NCBI GenBank assembly: GCA_964517155.1
Contig: CAZFAZ010000036.1
Location: 1-34,033, forward strand
DNA from: an uncultured Thermoplasmatales archaeon
GTDB lineage: Archaea > Thermoplasmatota > E2 > DHVEG-1
DNA: 34,033 bases
Direction of reading: 5' to 3'
Shown here: in pieces, positions 17,854-26,105 of the stretch
How positions within the stretch are numbered: position 1 is the first letter of the stretch
Layout of the letters: each line of letters begins with the position of its first letter
Translations under genes and position numbers: made by a program
The notes under the pieces: model-generated
What the model was told of the DNA's origin: nothing
What the model saw: the letters and a program-made list of their open reading frames with translations, nothing else
Databases searched by the model: none

Positions 17854-18459
17854 ATGTATTTTTTCTTAATTGCCTATTCTATACTAGGAGCTGGCATTAA
17901 ATACATTGATGATGCCTTTGATGAAAAAACATTCAATAAAATAATAGCATTAACTCTTGCACCGTTTCTAGGCATTCTTGGAGCCTATGCAATGATAATT
18001 GATCCTATATCAGCTACAATACTTCTAGCAGTTCTAGCCGGAGTATTAATAAAAGGAAAGGTTGACAATTATGCATTCATAATAGGATTTATAACAGTTT
18101 TAACAATTGCAATACTTGCCGGAATGCAATTTTTAATAATACCGTTAATACTTCTTTCAGCAGCAGCGATACTTGATGAAATCGGCAATGATTTTATAGA
18201 TAATAAAAAAAACAGCTTGAATCCAAATAATCCAGTGCATATCTTCGGAAAATATTTTCTTGGACACAGATGGATAATGAAAACAACAATAATATTCTTA
18301 GTAATACTAAACATGGTGCCAATATATTTCTTACTAGCCATGATACTCTTTGATTATGCCTATCTAGCAGTCAATGCTTACAGTCAAACAAAAGAAAAAA
18401 TGATAGATGCAACAACAATGAATAAAATCATTGGAACAGTTGGATACATATTTAAATAA
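17854..18459 (+). CDS. Multi-pass membrane protein with Asp-rich motifs (IDDAFDE, GKVDN, LDEIGND)
   Basis: About 6 hydrophobic helices; strong SD GGAGGT; acidic motifs loosely recall UbiA/MraY-type Mg-diphosphate sites. Confidence 0.7.
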   Translation: MYFFLIAYSILGAGIKYIDDAFDEKTFNKIIALTLAPFLGILGAYAMIIDPISATILLAVLAGVLIKGKVDNYAFIIGFITVLTIAILAGMQFLIIPLILLSAAAILDEIGNDFIDNKKNSLNPNNPVHIFGKYFLGHRWIMKTTIIFLVILNMVPIYFLLAMILFDYAYLAVNAYSQTKEKMIDATTMNKIIGTVGYIFK

Positions 18460-18487
18460 AACATATTACCATATCTTTTTTTAACTT

Positions 18488-19738
18488 ATGACAATAGAAT
18501 GTGATGTGTTGGTAGTCGGTGGTGGACCAGCAGGAAGTAGTGCTGCTAGAGCAGCTGCAAAAGAAGGAGCAAAGACGATTCTTGTTGAGGAACATGAAGC
18601 TATAGGTGTTCCAGTCCAATGCGCAGAAGGAATAGGAAAATACCTAATTCCTTTTTTACCCTTTAAAATTCCAAAAGAACAACTCTTATGGGAAATCAAA
18701 GGAATGACTTTTTGGGCAGATGATAATTTAATCGAGCGTAACGGCGGGATATGGTCTGGTTATACTATTAACAGGACAAAATGGGATCAGTGGCTTGCAA
18801 CACTTGCAAAAAACAAAGGAGCAGAAATTAAACTAAATTCAAAATTAACAGATTTAGAATACAACGATGAACTTGTTGTTAAAAAAGCAATTGTTAAATC
18901 AAATAATAAAAAAATAGAAATTGAACCAAAAATAGTAATAGCCGCAGATGGGGTAAACTCAACAGTTGTTGAGTTATTAAGAATAAGGAAAGAATCTAAA
19001 CAAGATCTTGGAGAAGTCAAAAGTTACGAAATTAAAAATATAAATTTAACATATCCAAATCATGACCAACTATTTCTAGGAGAATTTGCACCAAATGCAT
19101 ATGCTTATATTTTCCCAATGACAAAAAACAGAGCAAATATTGGCATTGGAAAAGTATATGATGAAAAAAACAACATAGAAACACTTTATAAAAATTTTAT
19201 AGAAACACCAATTGTTAATAAACAAATTAAAAATGCAAAAATAGTCTCTGAAAAAAGCGGATATGCTCCTGTAAAATATACAACGAATGAATGGATTTAT
19301 GGAAACACATTATTAGTCGGCGATGTTGCAAATCAAAACTTCAAACCATTTATAGAAGGAAACCTACCAGCCATCATATGTGGAGATATTGCAGGTAAAA
19401 TATCAGCAAAAAACAAGCAAAACATTGAAAATTTATACAAATACAAAAAAAATGTATACAAAAAAATTGGACCAATGTTTAAAAGCTCCGATATTGTAAC
19501 AGATATGCTTCTAGAGATACAAGAGCTTAAAAACAAGGATTTACTCTATATGATACTGTTTTCCAATATTTATTCTATAAAAACGCTTAAAAAATTAATG
19601 AAAACAGAAGAAAAAGATGAAATAATGCAAAAAATAACATCCTGGAAAGAAGGAAAAATAAATCAATCAAAAACATTGTTAACAGAAGCCTCTTACTTGA
19701 TTCTATTATCAATATGGCATCAAATAAGGAGGCTGTAA
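18488..19738 (+). CDS. Geranylgeranyl-reductase-family FAD oxidoreductase (divergent) 1
   Basis: DVLVVGGGPAG, CAEGI, AADG, YAYIFP and LLVGD; TTTAAATA at 18451 suggests its own leaderless promoter. Confidence 0.85.
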   Translation: MTIECDVLVVGGGPAGSSAARAAAKEGAKTILVEEHEAIGVPVQCAEGIGKYLIPFLPFKIPKEQLLWEIKGMTFWADDNLIERNGGIWSGYTINRTKWDQWLATLAKNKGAEIKLNSKLTDLEYNDELVVKKAIVKSNNKKIEIEPKIVIAADGVNSTVVELLRIRKESKQDLGEVKSYEIKNINLTYPNHDQLFLGEFAPNAYAYIFPMTKNRANIGIGKVYDEKNNIETLYKNFIETPIVNKQIKNAKIVSEKSGYAPVKYTTNEWIYGNTLLVGDVANQNFKPFIEGNLPAIICGDIAGKISAKNKQNIENLYKYKKNVYKKIGPMFKSSDIVTDMLLEIQELKNKDLLYMILFSNIYSIKTLKKLMKTEEKDEIMQKITSWKEGKINQSKTLLTEASYLILLSIWHQIRRL

Positions 19739-19741
19739 AAT

Positions 19742-20911
19742 ATCCAAAAAACATATGATGTTATTATCATAGGAGGAGGAATCTCAGGATGTTTAACAGC
19801 ATTAGGGCTGCAAAAAGCTGGATACGAAACTCTTTTATTGGAAAAACAAAGAACAATAGGCAACTATCCTCAAAAAATAGATATAACTGAAGATATCGAC
19901 CTGCAAAACATTCTAAAAGAACATAATATAAAGCCAGAAATTACTTCAAATACATCTTTTTGGCATGCCGGAGAACACACTTTTGAGTTCAAATCAAAAA
20001 TCAAGGAATTGTTTTTTTTACGAGGCGATAATGAAAAATCATTAGAAAAACAATTATTTAAACAAGCATTAAATGCTGGACTTGAAACAGTTTTTTCTGC
20101 AAAAACAAAAATAAAAAACAAAAAAATATCATTAAACAATAAAGAGATAAATTCAAAGATTATAGTTGGTACAGATGGCGTAGATTCGATAATAACAAAA
20201 TATTGTGCCCCAAATGAAAAATTCAAAATCATTGAAGGATATGGACAGTCGTATAATGATCTAGATCTACCTGTTGGACAAACACATGTTTTTTTTGAAC
20301 AAAATCAAATACCAGGAGGGTATGTTTATATAAGTAGAACCTCAACTCTTGGAACTATAGTTCTAGGCTGTAAAAACAAACCTAATGAAAAATATCTTGA
20401 TAAAATAAAAAAATCTGATCCTCAGATAAATGAAATCATTGGAAAAAGAAAAGGAACAAACATATGGGGAAAAGGAATTATATCAAATATAAACAAACGA
20501 GTATATGATAACATTATACTAGTAGGTGATGCAGCTAGAGTTGCAGATCCAACGTTTTTATATGGTGTTAGGCAGGCGTTGATATCTGGAGACATAGCCA
20601 TAAAAACGATAATAAATCATCTGGAAAATGGAGAAAAACTAGAACAATACGACATACTTTTGAAAAATAAACTATTGCAGGATTATTATCTTTCAAAAGT
20701 TGCTAGAAACACACTTGAAAAAACCAGTCAAAAAGATATAGAATTTATAATAAGAAACCTTGATGAAATAAATAATAAAATAGGCCTTGATGGAATAAGT
20801 CAAAGACCAATAGATACATTAAAAATAACAGCCCTGCTTTTTGCTAAAAATCCATATAATATAACAAAAATAAGTTTCAAAGTAATAAAATCATTATTTG
20901 AAGCATTATAA
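19742..20911 (+). CDS. Geranylgeranyl-reductase-family FAD oxidoreductase (divergent) 2
   Basis: The in-frame extension upstream of TTG 19838 encodes the Rossmann motif (IQKTYDVIIIGGGISG); also GTDG, PGGYVYI and LVGDAARVADP. Start inferred at ATC 19742 after AGGAGG. Confidence 0.8.
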   Translation: MQKTYDVIIIGGGISGCLTALGLQKAGYETLLLEKQRTIGNYPQKIDITEDIDLQNILKEHNIKPEITSNTSFWHAGEHTFEFKSKIKELFFLRGDNEKSLEKQLFKQALNAGLETVFSAKTKIKNKKISLNNKEINSKIIVGTDGVDSIITKYCAPNEKFKIIEGYGQSYNDLDLPVGQTHVFFEQNQIPGGYVYISRTSTLGTIVLGCKNKPNEKYLDKIKKSDPQINEIIGKRKGTNIWGKGIISNINKRVYDNIILVGDAARVADPTFLYGVRQALISGDIAIKTIINHLENGEKLEQYDILLKNKLLQDYYLSKVARNTLEKTSQKDIEFIIRNLDEINNKIGLDGISQRPIDTLKITALLFAKNPYNITKISFKVIKSLFEAL

Positions 20912-20917
20912 CAAAAA

Positions 20918-22189
20918 CTAATTTTTAACTGTTAAACTATTCAAACTTTCATAAAGATAATGTGGAACACCATCACCATAAGAAACACTTTCACCGCCTA
21001 CAAATAATACTAAAAATGGGTTGTTAACCTTATTTTTAATCATATCATATATTTTGTATATTTGACCACCGAGTGTTTCAATATATGTTTCGCACATAAT
21101 CATAAGATTCAAATTAAGATCATTGCTAAAAGAACTAAATAATTCTTCTGTACTTTTTAAAATCTGTTTGCCAGTTAACTGGAAAAGCTTTAACTTTGCT
21201 TGATCTGCCTGATTTGCAAAATAAATCTTTTCACCAAGAATTCCTGAAACAATACAGGCATGAATAAAATCATTACTGTAACATCCAAATGGATAATAAA
21301 AAGATTGAGAATAAAATTTATCAAGCATCCTTACGTTATCTTTATCTATACCAACTATGTTAAAAAGTTCTTCAGTTGCTTTTTTACCATTTATTTTTTG
21401 TACAAGTCTCATATCTGGGTTTAATTCAAAATCAAACGTATCCTCTTGTTTTTCAACAAGGCCAAATGATGTATTTAGATCACATTTCATATTACAATTT
21501 AATTTCATAAGACAAAGAGCATTTTCAAGAACTTCTTTATCAAAAAATTGATAATTGTGTATAAACTTTCTATCATCCATACAAGTCATACCAATTAGTT
21601 TTGAACTTTTAAAAAGATCAACGATGTTGTCAAGAATCTCATCTGCTCTATCTGCACCCATATTCAGACGCGAAATCAAAGGCAACAATTTGATTGATGT
21701 TTCACCAGCACTTTTTGATTTAATCACACTTTGTCTACCAATTCGTGGAAAATTAGGGATTTCAGCACCTGATACAATCTCAAAAATAAACTGATTGTTA
21801 TTATCATCTAGTTTTTTAAAATTTGATAAACACTCATCAACAGCTTTTTTGGGATTTCTCTTAGTATTATGCCCCAATCCAATTTCAACATCCATACCTT
21901 CTGAATAAACTGCAAGACTAGTAGCACCTCTAGTGAAACAACCAAATTGATTCATAAAACCTGCAACAGTACCACCAATCAATGGTGTTCCTTCAGGTAA
22001 AACATCCCAAACTCCTTTTAAAAATTCTTCAAAACCACCATTATCTTTATAATGAATAGTTGAGAATAAAATAAAGAAACTTGGCGGTGCACTGAGTTGT
22101 TGAATCGTATCTCTAGCTACTTCTCTACCGGCTTCTCGTGCATCCCATTTACGAGTCATTCCAACTGCTGCATCTATATTTTTTTCCAT
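20918..22189 (-). CDS. Stand-alone FIST-domain sensory protein
   Basis: AVG...DAREAGREVA, FILFST, PLIGGTVAGF, INGKKA, YPFG and C-terminal GGES fit FIST_N/FIST_C; no output domain seen. Confidence 0.8.
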   Translation of the reverse strand: MEKNIDAAVGMTRKWDAREAGREVARDTIQQLSAPPSFFILFSTIHYKDNGGFEEFLKGVWDVLPEGTPLIGGTVAGFMNQFGCFTRGATSLAVYSEGMDVEIGLGHNTKRNPKKAVDECLSNFKKLDDNNNQFIFEIVSGAEIPNFPRIGRQSVIKSKSAGETSIKLLPLISRLNMGADRADEILDNIVDLFKSSKLIGMTCMDDRKFIHNYQFFDKEVLENALCLMKLNCNMKCDLNTSFGLVEKQEDTFDFELNPDMRLVQKINGKKATEELFNIVGIDKDNVRMLDKFYSQSFYYPFGCYSNDFIHACIVSGILGEKIYFANQADQAKLKLFQLTGKQILKSTEELFSSFSNDLNLNLMIMCETYIETLGGQIYKIYDMIKNKVNNPFLVLFVGGESVSYGDGVPHYLYESLNSLTVKN

Positions 22190-22207
22190 TTTCTCAATTC
22201 TTACAAT

Positions 22208-22609
22208 TTATGCAACTGCTAATCTTTCTTGTTCTTGTTTGTTTAATATATTTTGAATTTCCCTGCGGGAGTTCTCCATTTCAACTTCAATGAGGCCCTT
22301 GTTTGAAAGAGCGGGTATTATTGCCACTAGGGCGTTGTCTGTCTCATGGAAAACGTAGAATAGTACTTCGTAGTCTTGAAGTCTGAACTCCATTTCAGAC
22401 AGTCCTGCTTGTGAATAATCACGTATAACATTAAACACATCATCCATCGCACGATGCAATATATCCCATATCTGATTAATTTCTGAGCTAAAGCCATCTG
22501 TTCCATCAGAAGGCATCACACTAATCATGTTTTGCCTTGCAACCATACATGCAAGAATATCATCTAGTTTCAGAAGGTCATCTAATACAATTGAAATAGG
22601 GTCACCCAT
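22208..22609 (-). CDS. Roadblock/LC7 (MglB)-like small protein
   Basis: 133 aa with helix, beta-hairpin, helix, three strands and helix pattern (VLDDLLKLDDILACMVA...ALVAII...NKGLIEVEM); SD GAGGTG; 18 nt upstream of the FIST gene. Confidence 0.55.
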   Translation of the reverse strand: MGDPISIVLDDLLKLDDILACMVARQNMISVMPSDGTDGFSSEINQIWDILHRAMDDVFNVIRDYSQAGLSEMEFRLQDYEVLFYVFHETDNALVAIIPALSNKGLIEVEMENSRREIQNILNKQEQERLAVA

Positions 22610-22690
22610 ATATCATCCCACCTCTAAGTGTAATATATTAAACAGTTATTAAGTATAAAACAGTTTTTATAAGAAATGCTTACTCCACCC

Positions 22691-22763
22691 CAACCCCGTC
22701 CAATCTTCAGGGCACACAACAGAAGAAAAAACCCTCACTCAACTCCGTTCAATCCTCAGGGCA
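22691..22763. repeat. Direct repeat, 2 x 24 bp (21/24 identical)
   Basis: caaccccgtccaatcttcagggca (22691-22714) and caactccgttcaatcctcagggca (22740-22763). Confidence 0.8.
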
Positions 22764-22789
22764 TAAATTCTCATTATATTTAAACCTAA

Positions 22790-22914
22790 GTTCGGTATGC
22801 GGGGCATGACCCTTGTTCAGAACTCGAGTCATACGCCTCATAATTCTTGTTCGGTATACGGGTCATACTACCTCATTTTTTAATTTATATTTTTGTTCAG
22901 AACTCGGGTCATAC
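22790..22914. repeat. Four 20-bp imperfect direct repeats, GTTC-x6-CGRGKCAT core, REP-like
   Basis: gttcggtatgcggggcatga (22790), gttcagaactcgagtcatac (22815), gttcggtatacgggtcatac (22849), gttcagaactcgggtcatac (22895). Confidence 0.8.
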
Positions 22915-23210
22915 TATCTACTTTTAACTTTAATACCTACTTTTTCAAACACATCCGTATCTAATAACCCCTTCAAAGAACCCCTCTTCAAAGAAAAAAT
23001 AGCCACTAAGCCTATAATCTTTTCCTATTTTTACATAATAAAAAATCGATTTAAATATTTTTTAGTCAATCAATTTCTTTTGTTGTTTACTACACTCTTT
23101 ATTACTTTTTTTCTTAAGCCAATCAACATATTTGTCAATAAATTCAAGGCGTTGTTGAAAATTATCTTTTTTTTGTTTTTCTAATTCTTTTAAATCAATA
23201 TTTGGAGTTT

Positions 23211-23810
23211 TCATTTTATAAACCTATCAAACAGTTCATTTGTTTTAAGCTTTTGGTTAAATTCCATCAATAAGCTATTATCAATATGATCCTTAAAAAA
23301 TTTATACAAAAATCTTGCATCTTCAATATCTTTATCGCTACCCAAATAAAGTTTGTATGGAATTTCTAATTCTATAGGTGAAATAAAAAGTTTGTAATCA
23401 TTTATCAAAACCTTTCTTTTTTCATATAATGTCCATCTGTCAAGTTCAGATTTTGGAAATTTAATTTCAAAATTTGGTATAAATTCATTTTTTCTAGCGA
23501 AACGAATTGGGATATTGTCCGATAAATATTCTTCAAATGCTTTTTTTGGATTCTTTGTGTTAATGCATTCATATTTTTTGTTTATGTTATCCCAAAATAC
23601 TTTAAAATCATCATAATCGGTTTTTTTTATAAATACATCAATATCTTCTGAGTTACGACTTCGTCCAAACAATATAGCAACGTATCCACTTATTATTACG
23701 TAATTCATATTTTTTTCAAGAATTGAAACAAAGTTTTTTACAAATGTATCTAACTTAGTAAGTTCTTTATTTCTAAGTTCAATGTACTCATTTGTATAAT
23801 TAAATTCCAT
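23211..23810 (-). CDS. Nucleotidyltransferase-superfamily protein (AbiEii/DUF6036-like)
   Basis: YVIISGYVAILFGRSRNSEDIDVF motif and C-terminal KL..GSDKDIEDA; ATG at 23810. Confidence 0.7.
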   Translation of the reverse strand: MEFNYTNEYIELRNKELTKLDTFVKNFVSILEKNMNYVIISGYVAILFGRSRNSEDIDVFIKKTDYDDFKVFWDNINKKYECINTKNPKKAFEEYLSDNIPIRFARKNEFIPNFEIKFPKSELDRWTLYEKRKVLINDYKLFISPIELEIPYKLYLGSDKDIEDARFLYKFFKDHIDNSLLMEFNQKLKTNELFDRFIK

Positions 23811-23904
23811 TAATAACCCAATAAATAATATGAAAATCAATGTTTTAACTTCTTCGCTAAAAAAATAGAAATATAACTTATATCTTCAGAGAAATACGTA
23901 TAAC

Positions 23905-25608
23905 ATGAGAAAAATAGCAATAATAGACGGATACATCGACGAGCCGACGTGCCTAGGGGTTCCACCATATATTAGTCCATATCCTAGATACATTACAGGT
24001 GCGATTTTAAAACACGACAAAAAAAACCTAGTTTCATATTATACAATCGATCAAATAAGACAAAAAAGCGATCTTAGTTTTTTATCAAAGAACAATTTAA
24101 TAATAGTAATTGCGGGAACATCTGTTCCTGGAAGATATCTTTCAGGATACCCGGCAAGCCCAAATGAACTAAAAAAATTTTTAGAAAATACACCTGTAAA
24201 AAAAATACTTACAGGACCTGCGGCAAAACACGGTTTTGGCATGCAAGGCGGACAAAAAACATATGATTCAGCTTTACTAAAAGACATATTTGATTTAATA
24301 ATTACAGGCGACCCAGAAATAGTAATAAAAAACTATCTAGATGCAAATCTAAAGTCAAAAGATTTAAACATAAATGAAAAAAGAAAAAATGCACACAAAG
24401 TAAAAGAATACGCAAACCTTGGAAGCAAAATTGTAACACAGCATCCATTTTATCCAGATTATATTATCGCAGAAATAGAAACATATAGAGGATGCCCGAG
24501 AACCATTGTCGGCGGCTGTAGCTTCTGCAGTGAACCTGGTAAGGGCCTACCCGATTTCAGACCAATAAATGATATCGCCCAAGAAATACAAAAACTATAC
24601 CAGCATGGAATACGACATATAAGGCTTGGAAATCAACCTTGTATTTTTTCATACCAAAGCCGTGATGCAGGAAAAAAAGAGTTCCCCCGACCAAATCCTG
24701 AGGCATTAGAAGAACTATTTTCAAAGATAAGAAAAGTTGCACCAGATCTTTTAACACTACATATCGACAATGCAAACCCTGGAGTAATAGCACGCTATCC
24801 AAAAGAGTCAGAAGAAATTGCAAAAACAATAATAAAATATCACACGCCCGGCGATGTTGCCGCTATGGGTGTAGAAAGCGCAGATCCAACAGTCATAAAA
24901 AATAATAACTTAAAAGCAACACCTGAAGAATCACTAAAAGCAATAAAAATAATAAACAAAGTAGGTGCAAAACGCGGTAATAATGGAATGCCAGAACTAC
25001 TACCCGGGCTTAACTTTGTATTTGGCCTAAAAGGAGAAACAAAAAACACATTTGAGCTAAACTATGAATTTTTAAAACAAATCCTTAATGAAAACCTGCT
25101 ACTTAGAAGAATAAATCTTAGACAAATAATACCAATACCAAACACAAAAATGTATCAAACAGGTAACAAACTTGTAAACAAACACAAAAACCTATTTAAA
25201 AAATTTAAAAACCAAGTAAAAGAAACAATAGAAAGACCAATGCTTGAAAAAATACTACCACAAGCAACAATTGTAAAAAACATATATACCGAAAAACACG
25301 ATGGAAAACTAACATTTGGCAGACAACTAGGAAGCTACCCCTTACTAGTAGGAATACCTGGAGTATACACATTAGGCCAATTCATGGACGTAAAAATTGT
25401 AGACTATGGATACAGAAGTATTACTGCAATACCTTATCCAATAAACCTAAATGATGCACAACGACAAACTATAGAAGCAATACCGGGAATTGGAAAAAAA
25501 CGAGCGATTAGAATACTTGCAAATAGGCCTTTTAAAAGTAATTCTGAATTAGAAAAGATACTAGACGAAGAAGAAATTGTAAAAAAAATAATGCCGTTTA
25601 TAGAATAA
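23905..25608 (+). CDS. Archaeal radical SAM protein with C-terminal helix-hairpin-helix (COG1031-like)
   Basis: IIDGYIDEPTCLGVPPYISPYPRY, ETYRGCPRTIVGGCSFC, LHIDNANP, GRQLGSYP and HhH AIPGIGKKRA. Confidence 0.85.
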   Translation: MRKIAIIDGYIDEPTCLGVPPYISPYPRYITGAILKHDKKNLVSYYTIDQIRQKSDLSFLSKNNLIIVIAGTSVPGRYLSGYPASPNELKKFLENTPVKKILTGPAAKHGFGMQGGQKTYDSALLKDIFDLIITGDPEIVIKNYLDANLKSKDLNINEKRKNAHKVKEYANLGSKIVTQHPFYPDYIIAEIETYRGCPRTIVGGCSFCSEPGKGLPDFRPINDIAQEIQKLYQHGIRHIRLGNQPCIFSYQSRDAGKKEFPRPNPEALEELFSKIRKVAPDLLTLHIDNANPGVIARYPKESEEIAKTIIKYHTPGDVAAMGVESADPTVIKNNNLKATPEESLKAIKIINKVGAKRGNNGMPELLPGLNFVFGLKGETKNTFELNYEFLKQILNENLLLRRINLRQIIPIPNTKMYQTGNKLVNKHKNLFKKFKNQVKETIERPMLEKILPQATIVKNIYTEKHDGKLTFGRQLGSYPLLVGIPGVYTLGQFMDVKIVDYGYRSITAIPYPINLNDAQRQTIEAIPGIGKKRAIRILANRPFKSNSELEKILDEEEIVKKIMPFIE

Positions 25609-25611
25609 AAT

Positions 25612-25720
25612 TTACTCTAAATTCTTAGACATTTCAACAATAAAAGGTTTAGTTTTAGGAAGAGTTTCTATCAATTGATTCAAGTATATCCTCTAAAAAT
25701 ACTTTATATGATCTTTTCAA
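25612..25720 (-). pseudogene. HEPN (DUF86/HepT) toxin remnant with internal deletion
   Basis: The TTG start overlaps the MNT stop and reads MKRSYKVFLEDILESIDR (DUF86-like N-terminus). In the +1 frame it reads IETLPKTKPFIVEMSKNLE* (DUF86-like C-terminus). Total 109 nt. Confidence 0.7.
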
Positions 25721-26007
25721 GAGTAAACAACCTCTTTAAAAATAGACTCTCGTAATTGCGGTTTTAATGCTTTTATTGTTACTAAATCAACTTTTAAATC
25801 TAATATCCGTTCAAGATACTCCTTAAGATCAACAAATTCCCAACCTACAACATCTGAAAATTTAACAAGAATATCAATATCGCTATCTTTTGACTGCTCA
25901 TTTCTTGCATATGAGCCAAATATACCAATTTCTTCAACCTTGAAATTTTTCTTAAGAAAAGATTTATGTTTTTTTAATATTTTTTCAACTTCTTTTCTTG
26001 TTTTCAT
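25717..26007 (-). CDS. Minimal nucleotidyltransferase (MNT/MntA) antitoxin
   Basis: GIFGSYARNEQSKDSDIDILV and KVDLV motifs; 96 aa. Confidence 0.92.
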   Translation of the reverse strand: MKTRKEVEKILKKHKSFLKKNFKVEEIGIFGSYARNEQSKDSDIDILVKFSDVVGWEFVDLKEYLERILDLKVDLVTIKALKPQLRESIFKEVVYS

Positions 26008-26105
26008 AACTTTACCTTACTATACAATATATCTTTTGTATATATAATAATTCTAGTCAAAAAAAATGATAAATTAAAATTAGAGCAACACAATATAGGT
26101 ATAAG

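Noticed and set aside
22790..22914. CRISPR array
   Set aside because: The units are 20 bp with irregular 5, 14 and 26-nt gaps and alternating variants; no cas genes are present.
22813..23184. 123-aa ORF on the + strand
   Set aside because: TTG start inside the repeat cluster, Phe-rich low-complexity product from T-rich DNA and no SD; likely spurious.
23211..23810. Complete type IV toxin-antitoxin (AbiE) pair
   Set aside because: No adjacent antitoxin or HTH gene is evident; the nucleotidyltransferase appears to be solo.
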